Virus record (IMG/VR): IMGVR_UViG_3300043429_001367
Location: 1 to 55,610 of that record
Reading direction: 5' to 3' (one strand)
Origin: a virus
Lineage: Duplodnaviria > Caudoviricetes
DNA: 55,610 nucleotides
Each line of letters begins with the position of its first letter. Positions within the stretch are counted from its first letter, which is position 1. The notes beneath the pieces were generated by a model that was given only the letters and a program-made list of their open reading frames with translations, was not told the origin of the DNA and searched no databases. Below are positions 18,727-27,102 of this stretch, one piece after another. The position numbers were made by a program, and so were the translations under genes.

Positions 18727-19122
18727 CTACCAGCGCCAGCCTCGTTTTTTTTTAGAGGTATCGGCTTCAGGCTCCCAGTCCTTGTCAAGCTTTCGCATTC
18801 GCTCTGATTTCGATTCAATCGGGAGCACCTTGGGTTCAAGATGTCCGACGACAGGCGAAGGCTCAGGCTCATGTTTTGGACCTTCAGGCGTGACAAAAAA
18901 GACGGGTTCATTCTGGTGAGAAACTGTGGATTGATTTGCCGTGCCTTTATGTTCAGGCAATTTGATTGGCTTTGCGGACTGCAGCAGCTGAAGCTGAGTC
19001 CCCAGGTGGAACACCATTTCCACCAGTGCGGTTTCCCGGTGACTGTGATCATCGAGTTTGCTCAGAAGAAAATCGACAGCCGGATTCAGTCCCCGAAACT
19101 TTTTCAGTTCTTCGATTCTCAA
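18727..19122 (-). CDS. hypothetical protein; possible -1-shifted extension to 18551
   Basis: GAGGGAG SD before TTG; ends 5 codons after an A9 tract. Confidence 0.65.
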   Translation of the reverse strand: MRIEELKKFRGLNPAVDFLLSKLDDHSHRETALVEMVFHLGTQLQLLQSAKPIKLPEHKGTANQSTVSHQNEPVFFVTPEGPKHEPEPSPVVGHLEPKVLPIESKSERMRKLDKDWEPEADTSKKKRGWRW

Positions 19123-19167
19123 GGTTTTTCTCCCTCATGAGTTTTTTTAAGCTTAAGGGATATGCAT

Positions 19168-19200
19168 AAAAAAATCCCCAGCCAAAGCCAGGGATTTTTT
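19168..19200 (-). terminator. intrinsic terminator
   Basis: Minus strand AAAAATCCCTGGC-TTTG-GCTGGGGATTTTTTTT. Confidence 0.65.
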
Positions 19201-19390
19201 GAATCGGAGTCGTTTTCATGCACATTTCAATTTTACAACAAAGCTTTGAAACGATACCAAAAAAATTGCAAGCGAGTCATGTGCGGTGGTCTGACTTTCC
19301 AGATTTTTTTTAAAATCGTTCGTCCACGTTCATCAAAACCATTGCAAACATATTGATAATCCAAATCCATTGCCGACTCCGATTCAAAAA
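19196..19390. repeat. perfect 17-bp inverted repeat enclosing 161 bp
   Basis: TTTTTGAATCGGAGTCG (19196-19212) and CGACTCCGATTCAAAAA (19374-19390). Confidence 0.9.
19233..19370 (-). CDS. 45-aa basic/aromatic peptide inside the inverted repeat
   Basis: MDLDYQYVC...LQFFWYRFKALL; GGAG SD 6 nt upstream lies in the repeat arm. Confidence 0.5.
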   Translation of the reverse strand: MDLDYQYVCNGFDERGRTILKKIWKVRPPHMTRLQFFWYRFKALL

Positions 19391-19483
19391 AAATACAAAA
19401 TACCCAAGTCACACAATTAACGAAAAGCTGCAAAACCGTTAATAACCAAAGTCACAAGTAACGAAATCATTCAAACATACAAA

Positions 19484-19966
19484 TCAAAGTTGTTTCGCTT
19501 TATCCAGCATTTCGAGGATTTCGTCAAGCGGGAGTGACTTTCTTTTAAGCAGCAGAACAGCGTCAAATTCACCATTCACTTCAAAGCGCTTCCATGCGCC
19601 AGAGCCGCCTGATTCCCTGACATGCTCAAGCAAACCCTGATTTGTCAGAAGGATGGAGTCTGCAAGTTTTTCTGAATCAGCGCCTTCCACGATCTTTTTG
19701 ATGTGCTGCATGGCTTTTTCACGATCCTCAAGGGTTCTGAAGAACTCATGGGACAACTTCCAGAAACGCCGATATTCTCTGAGGCTCAAAAGGCCGTCAG
19801 TAAATATGGCAATTCCGAAACTGACAAAGCAGCCAATCTTGGCGTATGTCGGTAAATCTGCGTGCGAGAGCAGAAAGGTTCCGAAAAGCACATAAAAAGC
19901 CAGCAGACCGATGAGCGATCTTTTTTTGATGCTGTAGATTTCGTGAAAGGCTTCTTCAGATGTCAT
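19484..19966 (-). CDS. membrane protein (2 TM)
   Basis: Two N-terminal hydrophobic helices; 4-nt overlap with upstream gene. Confidence 0.7.
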   Translation of the reverse strand: MTSEEAFHEIYSIKKRSLIGLLAFYVLFGTFLLSHADLPTYAKIGCFVSFGIAIFTDGLLSLREYRRFWKLSHEFFRTLEDREKAMQHIKKIVEGADSEKLADSILLTNQGLLEHVRESGGSGAWKRFEVNGEFDAVLLLKRKSLPLDEILEMLDKAKQL

Positions 19967-20595
19967 GGCCGTCCTGGTCCGTTAGGGAAAATGGTTTGAT
20001 TTCCATCAGTGGTGGATTCGTCTTTTATCTCTTTCACATAGAGATATTTGTCAAGCTTGGCCATGATGTATTTTTGGCCTGAACACTTGTTAGTTGTTTT
20101 GCAGTTCCCTTTGATTTGAAACCAGCCTTGTTCCTTCTGCCGAATGAACTCAAGTTCATATACCTTTGGATCACCGTCATTTGGTGAGGCAGGTCCGGTG
20201 CAGTCCTGGACTTTTGGATAGTAGAACGTCAAATAGACGAACTTGTCCTTGAAGATTTCAATCCCAGGCATCCATGATGTCTTATCCTGATTGACTGAGC
20301 AGCGACCGATCCAGCGTCCCCATGACTGTTCAAGGAAAACCTCGGAAGGTTTTGGTGTTGGGGTTGGGACAGGAGTTGGAACGGGAGTAGGAACAGGAGT
20401 CGGCTCAGGCGCTGGTGTCGGAACGGGAGCAGGAGTCGGAGTAGGGGTTGGACTGGGTGTCGGCTCTGGATCAGGTTTTTGAATCGGATCGACACTGATC
20501 GGAATCGGTGTCAGAGGCTCCTTTTCCTTTTTCCTGCCAAGATCCTGTCCACACGCTGCAAACAGCAAACTGAAAATCAAAATGCGTTTCATCAA
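19963..20595 (-). CDS. lipoprotein with Pro/Thr-rich linker
   Basis: LFAAC lipobox, (PT/PV)n stretch, Cys-containing globular domain. Confidence 0.8.
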   Translation of the reverse strand: MMKRILIFSLLFAACGQDLGRKKEKEPLTPIPISVDPIQKPDPEPTPSPTPTPTPAPVPTPAPEPTPVPTPVPTPVPTPTPKPSEVFLEQSWGRWIGRCSVNQDKTSWMPGIEIFKDKFVYLTFYYPKVQDCTGPASPNDGDPKVYELEFIRQKEQGWFQIKGNCKTTNKCSGQKYIMAKLDKYLYVKEIKDESTTDGNQTIFPNGPGRP

Positions 20596-20607
20596 AAATT
20601 TTCTCCT

Positions 20608-20736
20608 TCATTCAATGATCTTTAAATCACGCTCATCAATGCATTTGAGACACGCGACCTTTTCCCCTTCGGGAATTTCCTTTTTTGTCCATTTGAGAAT
20701 CTTTCCGCAAAACCAGCAGACATAAAGTTTTTTCAA
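20608..20736 (-). CDS. 42-aa zinc-finger protein (below cutoff)
   Basis: MKKLYVCWFCGK...VACLKC; GGAG SD, TTGA overlap. Confidence 0.6.
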   Translation of the reverse strand: MKKLYVCWFCGKILKWTKKEIPEGEKVACLKCIDERDLKIIE

Positions 20737-21101
20737 ACTGTTTTCTCCCAAAAAAATAAAGCTGCACAGCGATGTTCCTTTAGAGCAATGGAACCATTTC
20801 TTGGCTTTGATAAGTTGATGTCGCAGCTATAAAATTTTGGAATGTTGAGATTGCCCGTCTCAAGTTCCAAAAGATCGGAAACCCAGACTTCGATTGTTTC
20901 AAGACTTTCCTCTTTCATAAGTTGTCTCAGTTTTTTTTCATGCTGCTCAATCCTTGCTATGGATGCCAATTGCCAGTTTTCGTCGAGTTCCTGCATGGCC
21001 TGAAGCAGGGACATTGTTTCCTTGAATCCCAAAACTTCGTGACTTACATAAACTCTGCAGTGTTCGGTTAATGCCATAACACGCCCGGAATCGGACAACA
21101 T
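20733..21101 (-). CDS. hypothetical protein
   Basis: 122 aa, GGAAGGA SD. Confidence 0.6.
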   Translation of the reverse strand: MLSDSGRVMALTEHCRVYVSHEVLGFKETMSLLQAMQELDENWQLASIARIEQHEKKLRQLMKEESLETIEVWVSDLLELETGNLNIPKFYSCDINLSKPRNGSIALKEHRCAALFFWEKTV

Positions 21102-21243
21102 AAATTTATTTCCTTCCTGGAAAAATTATGATGATTGCAATTTCTAACCAGAAATCCATGCTGCGGTCAAAGCTTAAAAAAAAGATGAACAGGTTGGCGG
21201 GCTCTTATTCAGGATTCAAACTGATCCTTGATGTAGATCCTGA

Positions 21244-21272
21244 TTGTATACCTAATCAGATCCTGCTATAGT
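21244..21272 (+). promoter_or_regulatory. sigma70-like promoter with GATCCT repeats
   Basis: TTGTAT-17-TATAGT with TGn extension; three GATCCT copies around it. Confidence 0.55.
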
Positions 21273-21297
21273 CAAACGCGCCAAAAGGAAGGGAGAA

Positions 21298-21522
21298 ATG
21301 ACCGTGTATAATCTGAAAATCAGTGACGATATGGCTGAGCGATTGAAGAGAAAAGCTGAAGCGAAGAACCTTGATCTTTCCGAGTATCTGAGAAATCTAA
21401 TCGCCTTCAGTGAGACGATTGATGATTATTCGAGCGAGGACACAATTCTTCTCATGCGTAAAAGCAAGGTTGATCATGAGCGGGATGTTCTCATTCCAAT
21501 CAAACACCTGAAACATGGTTGA
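21298..21522 (+). CDS. ribbon-helix-helix (CopG-like) DNA-binding protein
   Basis: VYNLKISDDMAERLKRKAEAKNLDLSEYLRNLI. Confidence 0.8.
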   Translation: MTVYNLKISDDMAERLKRKAEAKNLDLSEYLRNLIAFSETIDDYSSEDTILLMRKSKVDHERDVLIPIKHLKHG

Positions 21523-21793
21523 AACGATGAGTGAAGACCACAAGGACGGTGGTTCTCCAAGGCATCACATCACCGTCAGGGGCAATGCGAATTTCAGCAA
21601 TGCAAATTTCAGCAGTGCCTTCAGCGCAACAAAAGACTCATCACCTGTGCAGGCTGAAAAAGAAAGTCTTGTGCGGTTCTATATGAAAAATCCCGATAAG
21701 CTGCGGGATATGATGATCATACTGTTTTTGATTTACAGCATGCTGAAAGGCACTGACCTAAAGAGCATGATGGAGTTGATCAAAGGGAAATAA
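21515..21793 (+). CDS. hypothetical protein
   Basis: Overlap-coupled; short hydrophobic segment. Confidence 0.55.
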   Translation: MVETMSEDHKDGGSPRHHITVRGNANFSNANFSSAFSATKDSSPVQAEKESLVRFYMKNPDKLRDMMIILFLIYSMLKGTDLKSMMELIKGK

Positions 21794-22035
21794 TGATTGG
21801 TTATATGTGCAATGTTTGCAGGCGTCAGACAGATTGGGTGGACGCAGTGATTGGGGATGTTGGACCAGAACCTTTGCCCAAAGGCTGGATGAGAATTGAA
21901 GTCTGTGTCGGTCCATATAGTTATAAGTTCTGGCATGTGTGCTCAGAGGACTGTCGAGCAACAATAAAAAACCCGGCTCTGAAAGCCGGGTTCATTAGTC
22001 AAGTTCTCAGGAGTTCGCTTACCGAACCTTTGTGA
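21793..22035 (+). CDS. hypothetical zinc-binding protein
   Basis: CNVC...LPKGW...HVCSEDC. Confidence 0.55.
   Translation: MIGYMCNVCRRQTDWVDAVIGDVGPEPLPKGWMRIEVCVGPYSYKFWHVCSEDCRATIKNPALKAGFISQVLRSSLTEPL
21966..21992 (-). terminator. intrinsic terminator for the 22019-22996 gene
   Basis: AACCCGGCT-5-AGCCGGGTT with U-tail on minus strand. Confidence 0.7.
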
Positions 22036-22996
22036 TGGTCACGCTGTTATATTCAGCGCCGTTGCTGAGAAGGGTTGGGTCAGTGCTGCGGCTCATATAG
22101 ACCTTGATATGAACCGTGTCGCCAGGATTCAGTTCGACTGATTTTGCAGTCTCAGCCGAGCAGGTCAAGGTCACAGCAGGCATCGGGCTGTTCTTTTGCG
22201 ATACCAGAGTTCCGTTCACATAAATCGCAAGACCGCACACGCTACCTGCTGTCCAGGCGTAAACATCGGTTGTGATACCGGCTGTGATCGAATAAACACC
22301 TTTTTGCTTGGCTGTAAAGTCACCAGTGCTTGTGCTGTATTCCATCTGGTTATCATCAACAACATCATTGAAGATCAGTTTGTTCCAGCCTGTCGTAAAG
22401 TCAGTTGTGAGGTTATTGGTTTTTGCACGGATATAGCTTTCAGCGCCAACCGATCGGCTGAGTTCCTTCCAGCCATTTCCGATGCTCACAAATTCAAACA
22501 CGTCCCCAGCCATGGTTACGAAGTTCCCTTGACCTGAAAGTTTCAGGGTTGAGGAATGAGCGATGGTTGTGACGCCGGTAAAGTAAAGACTGATTTTCTT
22601 ACCGGCAGGCTGAGAAGCGATGGATGAAAGGTTTGCATCGGACACTTCCATATAGAGAGCATCAGCGTCCTCACCGGCTTCGCCAGCCGCACCTGCAGCA
22701 CCGGCTTCGCCTTGATCACCTTTGTCGCCTTTGTCGCCTTTGAGGGCTTCACGGTTGACAGCTTCAGGACTGAGTTCTGATTTCTGCCATTCCTTGGATT
22801 TGCAGACATAAAGAACGCCTTCTTCCTCAACCATGACCAGCTGGTTTTCGCGGGAAGGGTTACAGGCGGGCATGTCGGCTTTCAGTGCCACAGTGAAGGA
22901 ATTAGTGTCGTCGCTGGCCACTAATTCCGACGAACCTTGATCGGCACCGCACGAAATCAGAATCATACTTACGAGGGGTAAAACGATGGTTTTCAT
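22019..22996 (-). CDS. lipoprotein with short collagen repeat and C1q-like domain
   Basis: ILISC lipobox; GDKGDKGDQGEAGAAGAAGEAGED; YSTSTGDFTAKQKGVYSI...VELNPGDTVHIKV. Confidence 0.75.
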   Translation of the reverse strand: MKTIVLPLVSMILISCGADQGSSELVASDDTNSFTVALKADMPACNPSRENQLVMVEEEGVLYVCKSKEWQKSELSPEAVNREALKGDKGDKGDQGEAGAAGAAGEAGEDADALYMEVSDANLSSIASQPAGKKISLYFTGVTTIAHSSTLKLSGQGNFVTMAGDVFEFVSIGNGWKELSRSVGAESYIRAKTNNLTTDFTTGWNKLIFNDVVDDNQMEYSTSTGDFTAKQKGVYSITAGITTDVYAWTAGSVCGLAIYVNGTLVSQKNSPMPAVTLTCSAETAKSVELNPGDTVHIKVYMSRSTDPTLLSNGAEYNSVTITKVR

Positions 22997-23018
22997 GATC
23001 AGACTCCTTTGAAATTCA

Positions 23019-23045
23019 GGATCGTTTATTTTGCCAGAAACTTGA
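23019..23045 (-). promoter_or_regulatory. sigma28-like promoter (P1)
   Basis: TCAA-N15-AACGATCC. Confidence 0.5.
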
Positions 23046-23096
23046 GTTCTTTTTTGCGGCTTTGTTTTTTCCGACCAAACTCACCGCACATAATAC

Positions 23097-23123
23097 TTAT
23101 CGGTTCCCTTGATCAGAACTTGA
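23097..23123 (-). promoter_or_regulatory. sigma28-like promoter (P2)
   Basis: TCAA-N15-ACCGATAA; palindrome CTTACTT-AA-AAGTAAG upstream at 23128-23143. Confidence 0.7.
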
Positions 23124-23225
23124 GTCCCTTACTTAAAAGTAAGAATTGATAACCTATTGACCTACTTGCAATTCGGACATGGTCAAGCAACAATAGTCAA
23201 AATTTACCTGCAATGAGGCAAAAGC

Positions 23226-24053
23226 ATGATCTTCAAAGTGATGGTCAGAAATCGCTCATCCCTCCTTTCTGAGTCGGAAGTAAAAAAGGCTGTCAAGGCG
23301 GTTGATATTCAGCTGAGAAAGCACTTTGGTCCTGCGTGGAATATCGCTGCGACCTGTTTTCTGGAAGGAAAGGTGAGCCGGGAGCATCATGCTGTTATCG
23401 AGATTCAAAGCAATCCACAGGCACTCATCGAGGATGATGCGGCTGGATACCACGATTATGATGCCGTCATGCCGAAAGGTTATGTCTTTTTGTCGATAGC
23501 GAAGGAATCGGGTGATGCCTGGACGGTTATCCTGTCGCATGAGATGCTTGAACTTGTGCTAAACAAACACTGCAATTATTACGCAATTGGCAGGCATCCC
23601 CTGGACGGGAGAAAGAAGTGTGCGGTCTGGCTTGAGGCATGCGATGCGGTCCAGTGTCAGACCTATGAGATAGACGGGGTTGAGGTTTCCGATTTCCTAT
23701 ATCCGCATTATTTCACTCCCTTTGATGAATCGAACTCGCAAAACAATCACTGTGGCGACAGGCCGGTCGATTCCTTCGGTGTGACTGAAGGCGGTTATTT
23801 TGGCTACTTTGATTTTGATAAAAAGCGGGAATGCACGTTCTTTGCTGATGATGTCAGTGTCGAGCGTCATAAAATCAAAAACAAGGCAGGAGTGACAAGG
23901 CGCAAGGAAAGAGTGTCAAAAATTATTTCCGCGCATAAGCGGAATCTGTTTGACAAGTATCCCCTATTGTCTATTTCTGTCTTACAGATTTTTCTAACTC
24001 TGATTCTATTCGGGATAATGTACGCATGGCTTTTTTACGAATCTATGTTTTAG
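23226..24053 (+). CDS. putative zinc metallopeptidase-like protein with C-terminal TM helix
   Basis: AGYH, LSHEMLE, EACDAVQ, VSDFLYPHYF. Confidence 0.55.
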   Translation: MIFKVMVRNRSSLLSESEVKKAVKAVDIQLRKHFGPAWNIAATCFLEGKVSREHHAVIEIQSNPQALIEDDAAGYHDYDAVMPKGYVFLSIAKESGDAWTVILSHEMLELVLNKHCNYYAIGRHPLDGRKKCAVWLEACDAVQCQTYEIDGVEVSDFLYPHYFTPFDESNSQNNHCGDRPVDSFGVTEGGYFGYFDFDKKRECTFFADDVSVERHKIKNKAGVTRRKERVSKIISAHKRNLFDKYPLLSISVLQIFLTLILFGIMYAWLFYESMF

Positions 24054-24607
24054 GTTTTTCAGTTCTTCTGAGTTCATGCACCTTGTTCAGGGGTTCTGAT
24101 GATGCTGAAGAAGTCGTGATTAAGGATGAAGCGGTAATCAAAAAAAGAAAAAGCTGGACGCAGGAAACCGCTTCAAATATCGAAGCAATCTATGCTTCGC
24201 ATGGACAGAAGATCAAGCTTTCTGAAGCGTATCTTTACTACAGGCATTTTGAATCTCAGCTTTCCAATCCCAAGTTATCAACTCTCAGCATGTCGAGTGA
24301 TTATGTGCGATCACTCGATATGATTCTGAAATATGGGTTGATGGAAGACAAGGATTTCATTCCGCAGGCTTCACCTGCTGATGCCTTTAAGTCTCTCAAT
24401 GGAAGCTTATCGAAAGGTCCTCTGTCAAAAAACAGGAATTCAAATTCAATCCGAACCGCACTGAATGTTGCCTTTGGTGTGAACTTCAGTCCCCAGAAAT
24501 CGAATGTCATTAGACCAGCCCGAGTCAAGTTTGATGGTCTGACTTTGGAGCAGGAGTTGAAGAAACAAAAGGCTTTGGCCAGGACCAAGGATAATGCGAA
24601 TTGGTAA
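24026..24607 (+). CDS. lipoprotein
   Basis: LLSSC lipobox. Confidence 0.7.
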   Translation: MAFLRIYVLGFSVLLSSCTLFRGSDDAEEVVIKDEAVIKKRKSWTQETASNIEAIYASHGQKIKLSEAYLYYRHFESQLSNPKLSTLSMSSDYVRSLDMILKYGLMEDKDFIPQASPADAFKSLNGSLSKGPLSKNRNSNSIRTALNVAFGVNFSPQKSNVIRPARVKFDGLTLEQELKKQKALARTKDNANW

Positions 24608-24620
24608 TATCGGAGTTTAA

Positions 24621-24878
24621 ATGGATAGGCATAGCAGTCAGTTTCTTTTGAGTGTGCATAAGATTCATGGAGTAACCGAGGATCTTGAGTTGAATGATAA
24701 TATTGTTCCAGCAACGGTGGTCCAGGCTCTTGGTGCGGTATTGGCAAAGTATACAGTCTCACAACCAAATCCTGACAAAGCAATTGAAAGCTTCGTCACT
24801 TATTTTAAATCATGCGTTGCAAAAATGACTGAAGCGGAAAAGCAATTGTCGAGACAAGAAAAGCAATCAGAGTTTTGA
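24621..24878 (+). CDS. hypothetical protein
   Basis: GGAG SD, 85 aa. Confidence 0.65.
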   Translation: MDRHSSQFLLSVHKIHGVTEDLELNDNIVPATVVQALGAVLAKYTVSQPNPDKAIESFVTYFKSCVAKMTEAEKQLSRQEKQSEF

Positions 24879-24893
24879 AAATGGGATTTAAAA

Positions 24894-25436
24894 ATGACCA
24901 GGGATTATTTGTCTATTGCTGAGCGTTATATCAATTCGATTGATTCAAGCAAATGCTGGGATGAACTACCGCCTTCAATCTTTTTTTTAAATGACCAAAA
25001 AGTTTTCATGGGTTACTTTGGCTGGGATTCCAATCCTGAACGCTTTGTTGTCTTGAATGCAGCCGGAATCTTTATCAAAGAGATGAAGATAGAGTTTTAT
25101 ATGATTATCCATGAGGGATGGATGCTCAAGTTGAAAAAACCGGAACAGTCTCATGATTATAAATATGGTGATGCGACGAATCATCCTGAACGAATTGAAA
25201 CCCTTTGCTTTGTTGCGAAGGATCTTTTGAAGAAAAAAACCATCAACAGGATTTGGAAAATCAAAGAAGGCAGGGAAATTATTTCCTTTGAAAAAGCATA
25301 CCCGGAATTGGATAAACAACCGATAGAGAATTCTGGTGATTTAAGTTCTCTTGAGAATTTTCTGAATCCAGTAATTGGCATGATGGAAGCAGCCAAGGTA
25401 TTGCGTATAGAAGATGTATCAACGGAATTTCAATGA
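24894..25436 (+). CDS. hypothetical protein
   Basis: 180 aa, co-directional packing. Confidence 0.65.
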   Translation: MTRDYLSIAERYINSIDSSKCWDELPPSIFFLNDQKVFMGYFGWDSNPERFVVLNAAGIFIKEMKIEFYMIIHEGWMLKLKKPEQSHDYKYGDATNHPERIETLCFVAKDLLKKKTINRIWKIKEGREIISFEKAYPELDKQPIENSGDLSSLENFLNPVIGMMEAAKVLRIEDVSTEFQ

Positions 25437-25446
25437 ATTACAGGAT

Positions 25447-25623
25447 ATGAAAATGGATCGTTTTAACGATGAAAAATTTCTGAAGGAATTTGCTGAATTT
25501 CTTCACCGCTATAAGATGGATTCAGCATGCGGCGTGCCTGACACTTTCCTCGCTCAATTTTTGGCTGAAACCATGGAAAGTATGTCGCACCTCAAGGAAA
25601 GAATGCATGAGCTAAAGAGCTAA
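25447..25623 (+). CDS. small hypothetical phage protein
   Basis: LHRYKMDSACGVPDTFLAQFL. Confidence 0.55.
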   Translation: MKMDRFNDEKFLKEFAEFLHRYKMDSACGVPDTFLAQFLAETMESMSHLKERMHELKS

Positions 25624-25650
25624 AGACCTTACTAACCGATACTGATTCCG

Positions 25651-25659
25651 TGCTATAAT
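25651..25659 (+). promoter_or_regulatory. extended -10 promoter
   Basis: TGCTATAAT 32 nt upstream of 25692. Confidence 0.5.
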
Positions 25660-25691
25660 GACTTCATGATTAACCTTTATAGAGGTGGACC

Positions 25692-26039
25692 ATGAAGTTT
25701 TTTATTTTGATCGCTCTCATGCTCTCTTCAGAATTTGCGCTGGCCAAGGATGGAAGGCTTCGCTGTCGAGCCAATGGAGCCGAAGGACGGGAAGCTGAAT
25801 TGAGACTTGAGGATGGTGTTCTTGAGGCCAAATGGGAAATTGATGCGAACAATAATTCAGGTCAAACGATTGGAACCCGTGTGCGTGTCAACATCAATGG
25901 AACAGAAATGCCTCCCATTATTCTTGATTCCATTGAAGGCAATGAACTGGAAGGAAGCTATGAGATTTTTCGAGGCATTCCGGTAATCAGGTCTGGGACA
26001 AGGGCAAACATAGGAGCCTTGTCCTGTCGTTTTCTTTAG
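25692..26039 (+). CDS. secreted protein
   Basis: Sec signal peptide ending ALA; GAGGTGG SD. Confidence 0.7.
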   Translation: MKFFILIALMLSSEFALAKDGRLRCRANGAEGREAELRLEDGVLEAKWEIDANNNSGQTIGTRVRVNINGTEMPPIILDSIEGNELEGSYEIFRGIPVIRSGTRANIGALSCRFL

Positions 26040-26044
26040 AGAAG

Positions 26045-26077
26045 AAATCCCTGACTCAGAAATTGAATCAGGGATTT
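26045..26077. terminator. bidirectional terminator-like hairpin
   Basis: AAATCCCTGA...TCAGGGATTT between convergent genes. Confidence 0.65.
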
Positions 26078-26080
26078 GAT

Positions 26081-26512
26081 TTAGAGAGCAGTAAAAGTGC
26101 CCTTGTCTTCGGTGCAGCCTTTTTCAATCAGCGCAAAGTCGGTGTCGATATCCTTGTGAGAGTAGAAGTGAACCACAGTGTCAGAGTATCTGCAGGTCCC
26201 TTTCAAATTATCGGTCGGACATTTCGTTTCACCTTTGAACAGCTGATAGAATCTTTTATCCGTATCAAAGAACGAAGCGTTCTTCTCACACCATTCAACA
26301 CTCAGTTGATCTTTGCTGTCAAAACAGCTAAGCACAAAGGCTTTCTGATTTGCCTCACCGCCGTTTTTTGTCCCTCTGTTATTCAGGACAAGGCATGATG
26401 CGGGCTGAAGCAAAGGTTTGGGATTTGGCACCGGATCTTTGGAATCCTTTTCACCCGAGCATGACAAAAGTGCAAAGACACTACTTAACAACAATATTCG
26501 CTTCACTGCCAA
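26081..26512 (-). CDS. Cys-rich lipoprotein
   Basis: ALLSC lipobox, six further Cys. Confidence 0.75.
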   Translation of the reverse strand: MAVKRILLLSSVFALLSCSGEKDSKDPVPNPKPLLQPASCLVLNNRGTKNGGEANQKAFVLSCFDSKDQLSVEWCEKNASFFDTDKRFYQLFKGETKCPTDNLKGTCRYSDTVVHFYSHKDIDTDFALIEKGCTEDKGTFTAL

Positions 26513-27098
26513 TCATCCTCACAAAATCAGTCGCGGTGTCGCGCATTCTTTCCCGTAGCTTGACCATGGCATCTCTCATGACTGCGTTGGGTTTATCACC
26601 GTGGCCTTGTTCGACTATATATTCCATTTCAATATCAAGCTTTTGACCATCACCTTTGAAACTTACAATAATGCTTCCACCAGGATTCAGTTCTCCCCAT
26701 TCCATTCCACAGAAGAAATCGCCGGGGTAGCATTGTTTTTTACCTTGGGATTTTCCCTTGTAGGAGTATGTCAATTTAAGATCTGCCCAATGTGATACAA
26801 CTTTGACGCCAGTCCAAGGGTTCGTCTGCTGGTCGATATACCAGCCGTTGCCATATTGTGCAATACGCTGTTCAACACGCCCGTTTGCCGTTCCATAGAT
26901 CTTGCTTCCACCTTTCTCGATACATCCTCCACCTGGACGGGGGACCGCACAGAAGGTGTTATCCCATTCCCGATCGGCGCTCGATCTTGAACCAACAAAA
27001 TACTGGTCAAGATACTCGACAAATTGTGCGGTCACGTCCTGAGCCGAAAGCTGGGTTGAAAACACTGCAAAGAAAAAACCGATCAGAATTCTTTTCAT
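26481..27098 (-). CDS. secreted protein
   Basis: Signal peptide MKRILIGFFFAVFSTQLSA. Confidence 0.75.
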   Translation of the reverse strand: MKRILIGFFFAVFSTQLSAQDVTAQFVEYLDQYFVGSRSSADREWDNTFCAVPRPGGGCIEKGGSKIYGTANGRVEQRIAQYGNGWYIDQQTNPWTGVKVVSHWADLKLTYSYKGKSQGKKQCYPGDFFCGMEWGELNPGGSIIVSFKGDGQKLDIEMEYIVEQGHGDKPNAVMRDAMVKLRERMRDTATDFVRMIGSEANIVVK

Positions 27099-27102
27099 TT
27101 CC

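Noticed and set aside
25613-25642. TAAAG...ACCGATAC as another sigma28 promoter
   Set aside because: Spacing is 10 or 18 nt rather than 15, and an extended -10 nearby explains the downstream gene.
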